Part shown: positions 14,070 to 26,894 of the stretch, piece after piece
Layout of the letters: each line of letters begins with the position of its first letter
How positions within the stretch are numbered: position 1 is the stretch's first letter
Assembly: GCA_004431415.1 (NCBI GenBank)
Contig: QPMI01000666.1
Span: forward strand, 1-64,000
Reading direction: 5' to 3'
DNA length: 64,000 nt
DNA from: Cyanophora paradoxa CCMP329
Lineage: Eukaryota; Plantae; Glaucophyta
The notes under the pieces: model-generated
What the model was told of the DNA's origin: nothing
Seen by the model: only the letters and a program-made list of their open reading frames with translations
Databases searched by the model: none
Translations under genes and position numbers: made by a program

Positions 14070-15627
14070 ATGAATTGCAGGCTGCTGCTGATCGTTTTGG
14101 CCGCGCTGAGCGCGCTGGCGCATGGCCGCGGTGCGGACGCCGATCTGTACGCGGCGCCGGACCCGTTCGTCCCTTCGTTGTTTGGGTTGCAGGGCAGCGA
14201 TGGTGTCGTTGCCTCCGCGGGAAGCGCTAGCGCTCCGGGTGACGACACCGAAACCGTCTGCACAGACCAGCCCCGCCTCTGCGCGTTCGCGACCTTGTGC
14301 ATCGACGACGCAGATAGCGCGGTAGCGATGGTGCTCGCTCGCGCGCTCGAAAGCTCCTCAAACTGAAGCGCCTGCTGCAGGTCCTCGGGCACTCGATTCG
14401 GGAATCCCGCTCCGCCCATCCGTCCGTTGCGCTGATTGGGCCAGGCGTGAGCGAGACGTCCGCGAGGGATCTTGCACGGGCGTTCGATCGCGTCGTGGCT
14501 GTTGACCCCGTCTTCCTCTTCGCGCCTAATGGCACCATCGAGACGGAGGCAGGCCCACATCCGCTCAACGAGCCGGCATGGGCGCTGCTGCGCGTGTACC
14601 AGTTCACCGAGTACTACAAGGTGCTGAATCCACGATCCCTCCTTTTCCGCGACACGATGCTTGCTGCAGGTCTTCTTCCTGGGATCCGATGCGCTGCTCC
14701 TTGCGAATGTAGACGACGTCTTCGAGCTCGACCCGCCCGCCGCCGCCTACGATCCGTGGCTCTGGGAAACATCCGTCCTCGGTCCGCCTGCTCTCCCTGC
14801 CAGCTGCGGCGGCCGACGGGGTGGGGAGCAGGAACCACAGCACACCACGAAGTCCTTCTGGTGGCTCCTTCAGAGCGGACGTTCCGCGCCATCACGGCGC
14901 TCGGGCGCTCCCTCGAGGCCGCCCGCCGCGACCCGCGCTGCGGCCCCGCCCTCGTCCCGCGCTTCGAGGAGGCTGCGAGGTCCGCTGTCTCTGGCCCAAA
15001 GCAGCCCAGCCCTCGCTCGACGCCGCGCGCAGCACCGCCACGCCCGACGACCCGGGCACAGACCGCCTCCCGAAGTGCGCAGAGACAATCGCCGCACCTA
15101 AGACCTGGATCCACTGGTCGGAGCGGTTCGGAAACCCGCCGCGGCGTCCGGCATGTCTCACGAGGTTTGACGACTCCGCAGGTGCAAGTCAGCGACTGTG
15201 ATGTACCTGGGGCCGTTCCTGCAGTCTCTCGTGAACCGTTTTTACAACCTTTCTCTCACAATCCTGCCCCCGGCCTACAACACAATGCCCCACCTCCTCG
15301 CCTCCGAGGTCCCGCGACACCCACCCCCCTGTCCCTTTTTGTGACGATCCGCCAGCTCCGTGCCGACCGCCGCTGGCTGTGGGACCCCGCAGCAACTCGC
15401 ATTCTCCACTACGAGGTACCGTTTGGCCCAACCCTCGAGCTTTCTCGCGGCCCCGTTTCTCCCGCCTCTTGCTGTCACCTCTCACGCATGTTCACGCTCA
15501 GATATATCGGCCGTGGGACACCGATCGCGGACCGCACGCTGCTCTCGCCTCCGCCTTCGGGCCCTGGCTCCGCGCCCGGGACCAGATGCGCGCCGCCCTT
15601 TTTGGCGAGGTCTCCCGCGCAACTTAG
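14070..15627 (+). CDS. Secretory-pathway GT8 (glycogenin-like) glycosyltransferase
   Basis: Signal peptide MNCRLLLIVLAALSALAHG; AFATL, LLRVYQFTEYYK|VFFLGSDALLLANVDDVF, VLLVAPSERTF, RILHY and YRPW match the GT8 motif order. Confidence 0.7.
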
Positions 15628-16227
15628 GGCCACGGCGTCTTGAGCCACATTGCTGCCCCAGCCATACCCCGCCGGGGCGCCGCGGGATGGCGGCCTCGCA
15701 GACGGGGTTGCTGGCCTGCCGCCGTGATCCACTGGACCATGACTCAGGCGGGCCGGCACTGCTCGAGTGTTCCCCCCTATAGCTAAGGGCCCGGTATAGG
15801 CCGGCTTCCAGCCAGCACGTAGCTTGCTACTGCAAGCTACGTATACCGTGCAAAGCTACAGCACCAGCATCATGATCCGCCACTACATGGGTGTGGACAC
15901 GAAGCGCCTGTTCAGCTCGTAGGCCTGTAGCTGGCCACGCCTGCCTTTTCCAACAGACGGGGGTCCCTCCCCTCGGGGTCCCCTGCGGGTTACGCTCTTT
16001 TCCCCATCCAGGGAGCCCGACAGCACGCAGTAGTTGTACTTTGGAACTGGTTTGAAGCGCTAGGGGTAGTCCTGCTTGCCCGTAGCTAGAAAGAGCAAAG
16101 AGCAAGGAATGTGTAAACGAAGGAACGCTAGAACAAGCATTGGTCAAGACCGAAAGCGGGACACGGATATGGAGGTCAGGTACCAGGGGGCGGTTGGGAG
16201 CGAGGGAGCTGGCAAAGCCGGGCCCCA

Positions 16228-17715
16228 TCAAGCGCGCCCAACAGCGTCGCGAGAGAGTGCCTGCGAGTGCGTTGACGGGGGCGCGAGGGCGACGACGCGG
16301 GGCGCGGCCTGCCTTGAGGACGATGGCGGTGTAGGGGGGGATGTTGAAGTTTGGGGATGAGAGGGCCGACGCCTTCGTCTCGCTCACAAAGTCGTCCGGC
16401 GACGCCTGCGTCGCCTTAAGCACGTTGCAGGCAACGACACCGCGCGACGCCCGCAACGCGCCTTTGACGTGTTGACCAAGCGGACCCAGACCTTGTCGCG
16501 GGGCGGCGGGGGGAGCTTGAGGGCGACCTGCGCGCCTTCAGCTGCAGTTTTAAGGGGGGCTAGCGGGCAGGGGACCTGGTTCATGTAACAGTTAAAGGCG
16601 GCGAAGATGTCGTTGCCCCGCTCATGGTCCTTCACCACGAACGCCACGAACCTGCCGGCATCCCGTCAAGAAGAGCCCCGCACGGGCGACGTCCCGCCCG
16701 CACCGCGAGTCACTGCCCCAATTAGGTTGCCCTGCAAAATGGCGTCGTCAAAGCGCTGCACCGGGAGGTCCGATATAGCGCCGAGGTCACCTGGGTTACA
16801 ACCGTGCCACTCAATGTCCCGTCCCGAAAAAAAGTTCGGCCGTCTGAGAATCTTGTGCTGCGCCACAGCTCATCCGTAGTTGCCGAGACACTCCCCGCCC
16901 CCCCTTCGCGCCGCAGCGAACCTGTAGTCTAAATTTGTTCGTCATGCAGAAAAAGCTGCAAGCCTGTGCTCAGCGAGTGACAAAGAGCTGCTCTGAGGGT
17001 CACACACCGGAAGAGCCCCCGGTTGCTTTCCAGCTTGTCCCACAGGAACCAGTTCAGCTCGCTGTCCTGGCACCTGCGGTCCAGACGTCAGGGAAGACGC
17101 TTGCTGAGGCGGGAAGACGGGCCAGGTATTGTTGTTGCCGTTCTTTGTGTGCCCGTACTCGTCGCCCGAGAGCATCATCGGCGTTCCATGCGAGAGCATT
17201 AGGCACAGATGCATGTTCCGCATCTGCCGTTGCCGCAACTGCCGTGCGTGTCAACGCAGGCAAGGATGCGCCCTCAGTCAACACACCGAGTTAACGTCCT
17301 CCCTGTTTGTCTCGCCCTCCGCCCCTGCCCAGGCGATGGGGCGTCGGCCTCAGTGCGATAAGAGGGGAGAGCCAGCGGCGGGGCCCACCACAGTTCCAGG
17401 AATCGTTGTCGTTGCAGCCGTCTTGGTTGTTCTCACCATTATCGAAGTTGTGCTACAGGGGACGGTGTCGGGGCCAATGCAGCGGGGCTGTGTGGCAGAG
17501 GCATGCACCTTGGCGTTGTACGCGACAAGGTCGTACAAGGTAAAGCCATCATGACAGGTAACGAAGTTAATGGAGTGGTAGGGCCGGCGCCCCACCCCGT
17601 ACAGGTCCTGCGCGGCGTGCCCGTCAAGCTTGCCTGGCGCGCGGGTTGGGGCTTGGGGTTGGGGTTGGGGTCGGGGTTGGGTTGGGTTGGGAGGAGAGGC
17701 GGGGAAGGGTGGGGG

Positions 17716-17749
<34 letters not shown>

Positions 17750-20296
17750 CGGGTGGTTCTGACGATGGCAGATACGCGCCTGCGAGCCGCAGAGGCGGGT
17801 GGCGAACTGCCCCACGAGATCGTCGCCGCCTTTTATGAACTTCCGGATGGCGTCTCGATACTTCCCATTCCTGCCGCCAGGATTTGGCGAGCCCCGCACA
17901 GCCCGGGCGTGAAAGCACCGTACCATTCTGCCCAGTGACCCCAGTGGGGGAAACCCCCGACCTGGCAAAGCGTGAGAGGAGGAAGCGGCGAAGAGGGGGC
18001 AGGGCACCTGGTAGAGGCCGCCGGCGTCCCAGGGCTCGGCCATGAGCTTGCAGCCACCGAGGACGGGATCCAGCGCGATCGCCTCCACCACGGGTGGCCG
18101 CGCCAGGGGCGTCCCGTTCTCGTCCCGGCACAGGATCGACGCCAGGTCTGGCCACGCCATCGGTGCCGGCCCTTCGAGCCAGCAGGCGCGAGTCGCGCAC
18201 CAAAGCGGAACCCATCGACGTGCATCTCGGTGACCCAGTAACGCAAGCTGTCCAGGATGAACTGCACCACGATGGGATGGTTCGCGTTCACCGTGTTCCC
18301 GCACCCCTACCCCCCGACCGACCCCTTTCACGCCCGACCAGCAACAGATTGCGTGGAGTTGTCGTACGGAATAGTTGTGAAGCTCATTCTTCGGCGGAGG
18401 GCCGTGAATGTACCACACCATCTCGTCCAGAGCTCGGAAGGAGAGGACGCGACCCTGCACGGTTTTGGGGATTAGCATGCTCAAAGCTTTCTGGCGGGAT
18501 GGGAGCACATTCTTGCCCTGCTCCGCGGTGTGGTTGAAGACAACATCTAGGATCACCTGCCAGGGCGGAAATGAGAAAGCCCCACAGCCGTGATGGCGCA
18601 CAGCCCGTCCAAGCTTTGGCAGCGGTGGGGAAATGGCTGCAAGAGAGGCGGCGAGCGATCCACACCTCTATGCCGGCTCTGTGCAGCTCCCGCACCATCG
18701 TCTTGAACTCGTGCACCGCATTCCTGGGTTCTGGCGCTTAGATCACGCAGGCAAGGTGGGTAGCCAGCGGACCCGTTGCGAGTTGCAAAGCGAGCCATAG
18801 GCGCGAGGAAGTTTTCGGTTGAATAACCCCAGTAGTTGCACAATTTCTTCTTCGTGGCGGGATTTATCACCTGGCGGGAGGCTTGGGAGGGAAAGGAAAG
18901 CGCCAGCAGCCGCAGCGGACAGAGCGCACCTCGTATTCGAGCTCATTCCACTCGAACACGGGAAGAAGCTCGACGCAGTTAATGCCAAGCTCCCGCAGGT
19001 GGGGAATCTTGTCCACGACCCCCATATACCTGGGCGACGGTCATGAGCGACCATTCGGCAAACACAGATATCATAAGCGCACGTTCCTCGGTGCTCCCCC
19101 ACTTTACTGCTCTGGTGATACGTGAAACCACGAACGTGCATCTGCGCAGGTACGGATGAGCTCCTTGAACGTTCAACGGGGGCCTTGCAGACTTCGTAAA
19201 TGATCAGATCTTCCTCCGGAACGCGGGGTGGAAGATCGCCGTCCCAATCAAACGCGGGTCCGTCCCCATCTGGCCACACAATGCATCTCCGGACGCAAGA
19301 GCGATCCTTCTTAAAGTAATCCTGCGGGCGGGCCTCACGGGCAGAAGAGAATAAAGAGAAGAAAGAAAAATTTCCGCGGAGTACCTTGTCGGCGCGCTCG
19401 CCCCACACGGCCCCAGATGCGAGGCACTTGGCATATGGATCCGCGATCACACCAGGCGCGTTGTTCACTCGAAACCCGTAGTGCCACTTCCGAACGTCTG
19501 GAAAACTGGCCACGGCGACGGCTGAGAGCGGGAAACTCATGCCAATGTGCCACACAAATCCTGGAAAACAAGTTAATGTCGAAAAGGGCAAGGATCCAAA
19601 AAACCGGAGAGCAAGGCAGCGAACCTGTCTTATTCAGGTTCGGATCCAGGGTGAAGGCATGCGGCGGAGCTTCCACTCCCGCCTCAGGAACCCAGAGGAT
19701 AAGCGTCATGTTCTTCGCCGTCGTCGAACATATGCTTGGGAGGGGTCGAGGGAAGAGCGAGCGCGAGGGCGGGGGCAGAGCCGGAATGAAACGGAACGCT
19801 GAAGGATACGCGAAGTTGATGTAGATCGATTCCTGGTCGCGCAGCAGCCGCCGCTCCACGTTCACGCCCATTGGCATTGGAGAGCCGCGATGTGACTCGT
19901 AGTAACTAGGAACGGATCACTTGCGCAACTAGGACGCGATCCAGGGCATGTGCGCACGGCAGGACATCGCCCTTGTCCGTGACGGCAGGCGCTGCAGCCG
20001 ACTTGGTGGAGCCATAAGCCAGGCCCCGGTTACTCCTGCACGGAGCGCGTACGCATCAAGACCGGAGAAGCCAAGTTCGTGCGCGCTGGGATCCGACTCG
20101 GGGACGCCGAGCCGCGAGCACATGGCAGTGCGCACACGGAGGAGAGACCCGCCGGCTGATCGGAGAGGCCAGCGGCCGAGGACTGATTTCGCGTAAGACC
20201 CCCTGCACTGTACGCCCCAGGAAGACTGCCCCGCGACTGGACCCGCGAGCCGTAGCCAAAGAGGCCACCGCCGGCGAGCCCGCCCCCGAGGACCAT
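16228..20296 (-). CDS. ISA: Isoamylase (GH13_11 starch/glycogen debranching enzyme), >20 introns
   Basis: Spliced motifs [110 protein letters not shown]. Confidence 0.95.
17643..17750 (+). repeat. Intronic (GGGGTT/GGGTT)n plus poly-G tract
   Basis: Directly visible inside an isoamylase GC-AG intron. Confidence 0.85.
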
Positions 20297-20804
20297 CCTA
20301 GTACGAGCACGATGACCTGGCTCAGGCGCCCGGTGCCCAAGCTGCCAGAAAGCTAAGCCGCTCTCCTTTCTCCTTAAACCCCTACCCCCCTCTGTCAGCC
20401 TGTCTGAGCCTGATCGTGAGCGTCAGCCTCGCCTATGACGAGTGCAAGCGCGCGCTAGCGCAAGCGGAGCGGGGTGAGCGCGGCGTTGTGATGAGACGAC
20501 GCGAGGAGCGCTAGCGCGTCGCGATGAGAGGCTCGAGGCGAAGCGCGTTGCTGAGCGCAAGCGCTAGCGACGCGCGCGCGGAGGGCAAGCGCCAGCGCTA
20601 GGCGGCGCTGCGCGGCTGCCGGACGCTGTACCCGTCTGGTGCCGCACGCCGGCGCACGGCGCACGGCGCACGCCGCGCGGTAGAGACTGTACTTGTAAGC
20701 CCTGGCGTGTCAGCGCTTGTAAGGTTATTCGAGGTCCGCAGCTGCAACTAGCTCGTGCGGCTGCAGCCGGCGCTTCTCGGACATTACTTGTACCAGGAGA
20801 GAGG

Positions 20805-22434
20805 ATGCAGGAGAGCGGCGCAGGAGAGAGGATAAGGCATGTGCACGCCCTCCACAGCCTGACGTCTGGCGCGCTGGCGCTTCTTGTATCGTCTGTGCTC
20901 CTCGCAAGTTGCGCGGCGACGGTGGCGCAAGGCGCCGGCGATTCGAAAGTGGAGACCGGGGTTGGAGATGGAGATGCGCTCCACGGGCCCGGGAAGCCTC
21001 AGCCTCAACCCGTCGACGGCTTAAAATACGTCATCAATCTCCTTTCGCAGCGGCAGGAGCAAAACGCCTCGCTGCCAAGTATAAACATGACGGGGAAGGA
21101 CGGGCGCCGGTACCGCTGTTCGATTCCAGTGGAGCCAAACTCCGCCCCCGCCGATGTCCAAGAAAGCGTACGACCAACGTACTCATCCCTCCTCGCATCG
21201 CTTGTGGGCTCGTGCTTTCTGCTGGTGCGCCATCAATCCTTGGGAAGGGCAGGGCAGGCCACTGATTGGGAAGCAGAGAAAAGGCTACTGGGACTACGAG
21301 GTGTGCCCAGGCAAGGCAGTGAAGCAGTTCCACATGGAAGGAAACGTGCCTTCTCCTGTATTCAGCCTCGGCCGTTACGATGCAAGCTTGGACATGGAGT
21401 GGGAGGGCACGTATTCACAGTCCTTTCGAGGAGGCACAAACGACAGGCGAGCCGTTGTCACTTATCGCTGTAGTGAAGGAGACAGCGAACATCGTGTCGC
21501 CGCGATCGAGGAACCGTCCCCACTGCAGTACCAGATCGACTTCGTCACGCCTTCCATGTGTGCAGGAACTGCGTCAAAAGACAAGGCACCGAGGAGCCCC
21601 CAGCAGCTCCTCGAGAAATTGCGCAGTGCTTGCTTGTACAGGGTATCTTCCCTGCATTTCATCGTTTTCTCTCTCATGGACGTCTCTCAGAACGAGGGCT
21701 GGTGGACATACGAGGTTTGCCATGGGAAGCACGTGATGCAATTCCACCAGGAGGGCGAGAAGCGGGCATGCTCTCCGATATCTTTCTCGTACATCATCCA
21801 TCATCCAAAACTGACCCCTTCGTCTCACCTAGATATCGGAGTATTTCCTTGGGCGCTTCAATGTGGAGGCCAATGTTGCTTTCGAACAGGATGAGAGTAA
21901 CCTTGTGAGCTGTGAGTAGTTGTCGGATGATGCAATTTAGGCTGACGCACCCCCTGAAGGTGCGGGATCCAACCAACCCCTACTACTTCCAGCTTTACGA
22001 CAATGGCACTATGTGCGCTCTGGGTTGTTCTTGATAACGCCGCTCACCAATGACATTGCTGTGACAGGTGTGAGCCTCTGAAGACCGAGAGGAGAAGTGT
22101 GGAAGTGCGTTTCGAATGCAACACGATGCGGCAGGCGAGTGTTGCGTGGTTCTTCGGAGTTTCCTACGAAAATGCTCATGCGCAGGTGAACTTCATCAAA
22201 TCTGTGGAAGAAGTGGCAACGTGCAGGTATGCAGCCACAGCCACACAGCCGTTAAGAGAGCTGAATCCCCTTCTGATGCTTACAGATACGTCGTCAACGG
22301 TCTGTAGGTTCTCTATGCCGTGTGCATTGTAAACTCATTCTTGCTGCGCAGTGGTGTCTCCTTTGATCTGTGCTCACGAGGCATTCCAGTCCAAAGAAGA
22401 GCTCATTGGTCATATTAGTTGTGTACCTGTGTGA
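20805..22434 (+). CDS. OS-9/XTP3-B(ERLEC1)-like ER lectin with two MRH domains
   Basis: Hydrophobic N-terminus; GYWDYEVCPGKAVKQFH and GWWTYEVCHGKHVMQFH; YDNGTMC...RSVEVRFEC...VEEVATCRY...PLICAH. Confidence 0.9.
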
Positions 22435-22899
22435 TATCTAGTTAGGACGTCTTTGATTGCGATTACTGTTAGGGGTTGGGTGGGAAGCGTAAGGTTCAAC
22501 GGTTGGGACGTCTTTGATTGTGATTACTTTAAGGACAGACCGGCCGGCCAGCACGCTGGTGGGCTGGGCGCCAGCCTGTCAGACCCCTAACCGTCGGGCC
22601 GTCGGACGTGTGACCGTCGGAGCTCAAGCCTCGTCGTCCAACCCGTGACCTCTGAGGAATAAGAAGAGTATGTATAAGACATGCCCAAGCCAGCCGAACG
22701 GTTAGGCTCTAACCGTAATCGGAATCAGCCCTGGCAGAGACGTCCAACCTTCAGCTTCGATCCCCTTCCGACCGGCACCCCTAATCGATATCCGGATCCC
22801 CACTAGATATCGATCGCGATATAGTATGTATACTGGGCTAGGCTGCTGAAATAAGTCCTATACTATGATGATAGCTAGGCTCTTTGTCATTGAAAGCTG

Positions 22900-24289
22900 C
22901 CTCCGAGGCTCTCCGATCCAAATCGTAAATGCTTCTCCGATCCAAATCTCTCTCTCTCTCTCTAGATCTCAATTGCAAATCCTGTCTTCCAACCATTTCT
23001 CAGTCTGCAGACAGATCCTCTTATATATACTACTTTCTGTCAACCAAATCCAGCCTTGGTCTGCTGTGTCTGCCTCATATGCATCTTTCCATGGCCACTG
23101 CCGCTTTACTTTACCCTGCTACTCACCCTATTCACTTAAAGCTTGGCCTCTCGTGGGCAATATGACAAGCTGTCGGGCGTGTCTTTTGCTTCATCTCTCT
23201 CTCTCTCGACAAGCTGAAGTCTTCTTCTGGTCATCCTACTAAGCTTCAGTCCATTGGCTTGCAGGGCCTTCATGGTGTTAGTCGATTTCATATCAATTCC
23301 CCTCGCATGGGTCAGCATGCCTTGAGCCGCGCATCAATAGTAAACTGCTTTGAATTCATATTCCAAGAACTGAAAGAATGCCCGCAGCACTCAAAGTTTG
23401 GGGGGACGGGACGAGCAAATTTCTGGGCTCGACTCTATGCACGCCCCACGGAGCGCGGCCATTTTCCTGTGCGAATTGGAGCGGGGACTGTGCAGCTGAC
23501 TGCTTGTAGTTCGTTGCTGCTATTGGGTGTGGAGAAACGAGCAGCTCATCCTCCGCATCCATATCTAGGCCGCAAGCAAGCAAATCCACGTTGACTGCTT
23601 CATGGGACGTCGCTGCAGAAGAGGGCGAGACGAGAGAGGGGGTGTTGATGGTTCTTGGGAATTCGCGGCAATTGTTTGTCAAGCAAGAGTCGAGGAAGTT
23701 GAGCACAGCCTCGGCCGACTGAGGGAGAGAAACGATGCGTGTGCTGGGACCAGATGGGGCTTCCAGTGAATCAACGTACGTACAGAGGGGGTCCGCATTC
23801 TTAACGATGAGTTCTCGGATGGGGCAATCCTCCGCCAGCACGGCCGTCTCGCCCTCCTCCTCCTGTGAGAGGCTGTGAGAAAGAGCGGGCTAAGTTTTGC
23901 AAACCACGCACTAGGCGGCGAAAAAGACCAATCATGGACACGTTGAGACTCGCTCGTTGGATTCGCTCGTTGGCTGTGAGCGGCCGATCGTTCAGCGGCC
24001 GATCGAAGCCGGTAACATCGACTCCTGCCATGACCGTCTCGTCCTCGCTGCTGCTGAGGTCCACTTCTCCCGCCTCGAAGGCGTCTCGCGGTAGCGAGCT
24101 CGAAAAATCCGCTTGGAGCGAACGCGGGCTGAAAAACGCAGGACTCCTCGCCCGTTTACGCTCTCTACGAGGACGCGCTGCAGCTACAGTCGAAGGGACA
24201 GCTGCTGCACGCAGGAGCCGGGGTGGTGTGACAGGGCCAGCTGAGGCATACTGTCCACGCGGCCTTCCGCGAGGCATGCTGTCGCGCAC
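22900..24289 (-). CDS. Hypothetical multi-exon protein
   Basis: Coding-like ORFs 23801-24289 and 23356-23841 can be joined by an intron; head-to-head with Cwf18; no family recognised; 3' end uncertain. Confidence 0.4.
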
Positions 24290-24485
24290 GAGATCGGGAA
24301 GGAGGGGTCAATCCTTTGCTTGGCGGGAAGGAAGGGGGGATATACGGTGAGGGGTACTCGCGCGTCTTCGCTCCGCAAGAGACAGTTGTCGTTCGCTCGT
24401 CTAGATCTTTACGACTTCGCGATATTCACATTCAACAGACAGTCAGTCGAACGAGCAGCTACAGAAAAAGCGCATAGCTGCCACG

Positions 24486-25107
24486 ATGGAGGACGCGAGC
24501 AGCAGGAAGGCGCGATTGGCGGCAATGCGGGCGGAAGCTGAAGCCGCGCAAGCAATGCCTACAGACGACGCGGATGGAGGTAGCGGGGACGAGGGCGAAG
24601 ACGGAGAGGAGGAGAACAGGCCCGCTTCCCCGGAGAGCGCCCATCTGCGCTGCTCTGATTGCCTTGCTCGCAGCGGCGAGCCTGTCGTTCGCTTCCGCAA
24701 CTACGCGCCCCGCAACCCGGAGCTGAAGGAGCTGAAGCTTCCAAGGCCAGAGCTCTCGTCTGTGGAGGAGCAAATCAAGAAAGCGACACAGCACCACACC
24801 GCTAGTCTGCAGGAGACAAATGTGTGACTGCCTTGCCCCACACTTGAGCATCATTCTCTGACCCATCGACAACAGGAGTCCCTTATAAACGTCGCGACGA
24901 AGAAGCCGAATTGGGATCTGAAGCGAGATGTCGCCAAGCGGCTAGAAAAGCTGCAGAAGCGAACGCAGCGTGCGATCTTGGAGCTCATAGGTGCTGTGAT
25001 TTACGCAGTTGCTGTGTGCTCCCCTCTCACACGATTAAACTGCAGAAGAGAAGCTGAAGGCCGAGGGCGAGGAGGGATCCGACGAGGAAAGCGAGGAGGA
25101 TAGCTGA
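24486..25107 (+). CDS. CCDC12: Splicing factor Cwf18/CCDC12
   Basis: RKARLAAMR, VRFRNYAP and KKPNWDLKRDVAKRLEKLQKRTQRAILELI; 3 introns, the first GC-AG. Confidence 0.92.
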
Positions 25108-26376
25108 GCGTCCTTGCTGGATGCACTGGCAATAGCACCAGTACTACTACCAAGACGGTTTCCGAATTGAAGTCGCGGGTTCTCACAGTCACGACATTCG
25201 CCCACAAAACTCGGAATGAGTAATCTGGACTACCACGGGGGCACAGCGGCCAGTGGCACAAAGCCTATAGCTAGGGCCTGGATCGAGAACCGAAGCGCCT
25301 GCCCGGTTCGTAGCTATAGCTATATATAGGCCTAGCAAGGTCTCCCGGATCGGAGTCCTGTTGACGTTCTTCTCGCCAACTAGGAGACTTACAGGTGCTT
25401 GCGTGCCGCAGTGCGGCGTGCCTCAGGGCGTGCCGCAGTGCACATGTACGTACTACGGTACTGCTCGCGCGATCGTGCACGTACGCGTGAGATTACGTAT
25501 ATATACGTGTACATACGTACATACTCCGCCGGAGTTGAGCTGTGAGCTGCGTTCAGCGTAGACAGAGCTAGTTAGCTAGCTGTGAACTACGCCTGTCTGG
25601 GCTACGCATAGGAAGGTGCGGCCCTCGCCGTTGCCGGCCCGGCCGTTGCCCCCCCGAGGCCCGTAAGGGGAGTAACGCTCCACCCCCGCACAGCCTAAGC
25701 CGCGCGCGTGTCGTGTGCAGCATCGCGTTGTCGTTCTTGGGCGGTGGGAGTTCCTGCAGGCCCAGCGGGGCCGGGACCCGTCGGTAGCCTGCGCGGGGGC
25801 GGCGCACGCGCGGAGGGGGGTCAGATCGGAATTGAATCGAAGCGCCCTGAAATCGAAATCGAAATCGAAGGCGCGCACTCGGGGAAGCGCGAAAGCGCGA
25901 TCCCTCCCTGGTCGATTCTGCAGGGCGGCGGAAGCGCGCAGAGGGGGGTCAGACAGCGCACGCGAGATCGGAGGCGGGGCGGGCACCCAGGGGTTCCAAT
26001 CCACGCTCCGCGAGGGTAGATTGGCGGGCCTCCCAGTGCGAGTGCCTGCACGCGCGGGGTTGCGAACGCGGGCATTCCAACGCGGGCGGCGCGCTGCGTC
26101 GGCGCGGACCTGGGCGCGCTCGGCCTCGTCGGGGAGAAAGCCTGCAGCGTTGCGCGCGCGCGCGGCGTCAAACGCGCCGCCCTCGGGGGCGACGAGGGCG
26201 ACGCCGAGCTCGCGACGAGGGCGACGCCGAGCTCGACGCGCGCGCGGAGGCGCACCTGGGAAGGCGCCACGAAAGTGGCGCGCTCCATGGAGCACCGGCA
26301 GGAATGCGATCCGCTGCGTAAGCAACGGAAAGGGGACTTCCTAATTTAATTAGGGGAAAGCAACGGAAAGGGGACT

Positions 26377-26690
26377 TTGATCTGACGCCTTCAAAGGCTT
26401 TGATCTGCGATTACGATCCTAATTACGACGCCTTCAAAGGCTTTGATCTGCGATTACGATCCTAATTACGACGCCTTCAAAGGCTTTCAAGTTTGATCTG
26501 CGATTACGATCCTAATTACGACGCCTTCAAAGGCTTTGATCTGCGATTACGATCCTAATTACGACGCCTTCAAAGGCTTTGAGCGATATCTGCGATTACG
26601 ATTATAATTACGACGCCTCGTGATCAGGGGCCTTTAATTTGATCTAGAGATCTGCGATTACGATCAGGAACGACGCCTTTGATCTGCGAT
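26377..26690 (+). repeat. 43-bp tandem repeat TTTGATCTGCGATTACGATCCTAATTACGACGCCTTCAAAGGC
   Basis: 4 essentially identical units plus degenerate flanking units, no spacers. Confidence 0.9.
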
Positions 26691-26894
26691 CTTCAAGCTT
26701 GCGAATTGCGTGGCGAGTATTCCAAGCTTCTTACCTCCAGCTCCCAAGTCGAGTTCTTTCCTTATATATTAATTAGAGACACGGCGAAGTCTTTTGCCAC
26801 AATCGCGTCTTGAGCTTTAATTTTTTTTTGGGTTTATTGGCAAAAGCAGATTCAACTCAGTTCACAAAGTGGTGGAGCTGCGCACGCAGAGGGC

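Noticed and set aside
14070-20296. Glycogenin plus isoamylase starch gene cluster
   Set aside because: The GT8 has a signal peptide and a degenerate DxD, so it is unlikely to prime cytosolic glucan.
26377-26690. CRISPR-like array
   Set aside because: Units are contiguous with no unique spacers, and there are no cas genes.
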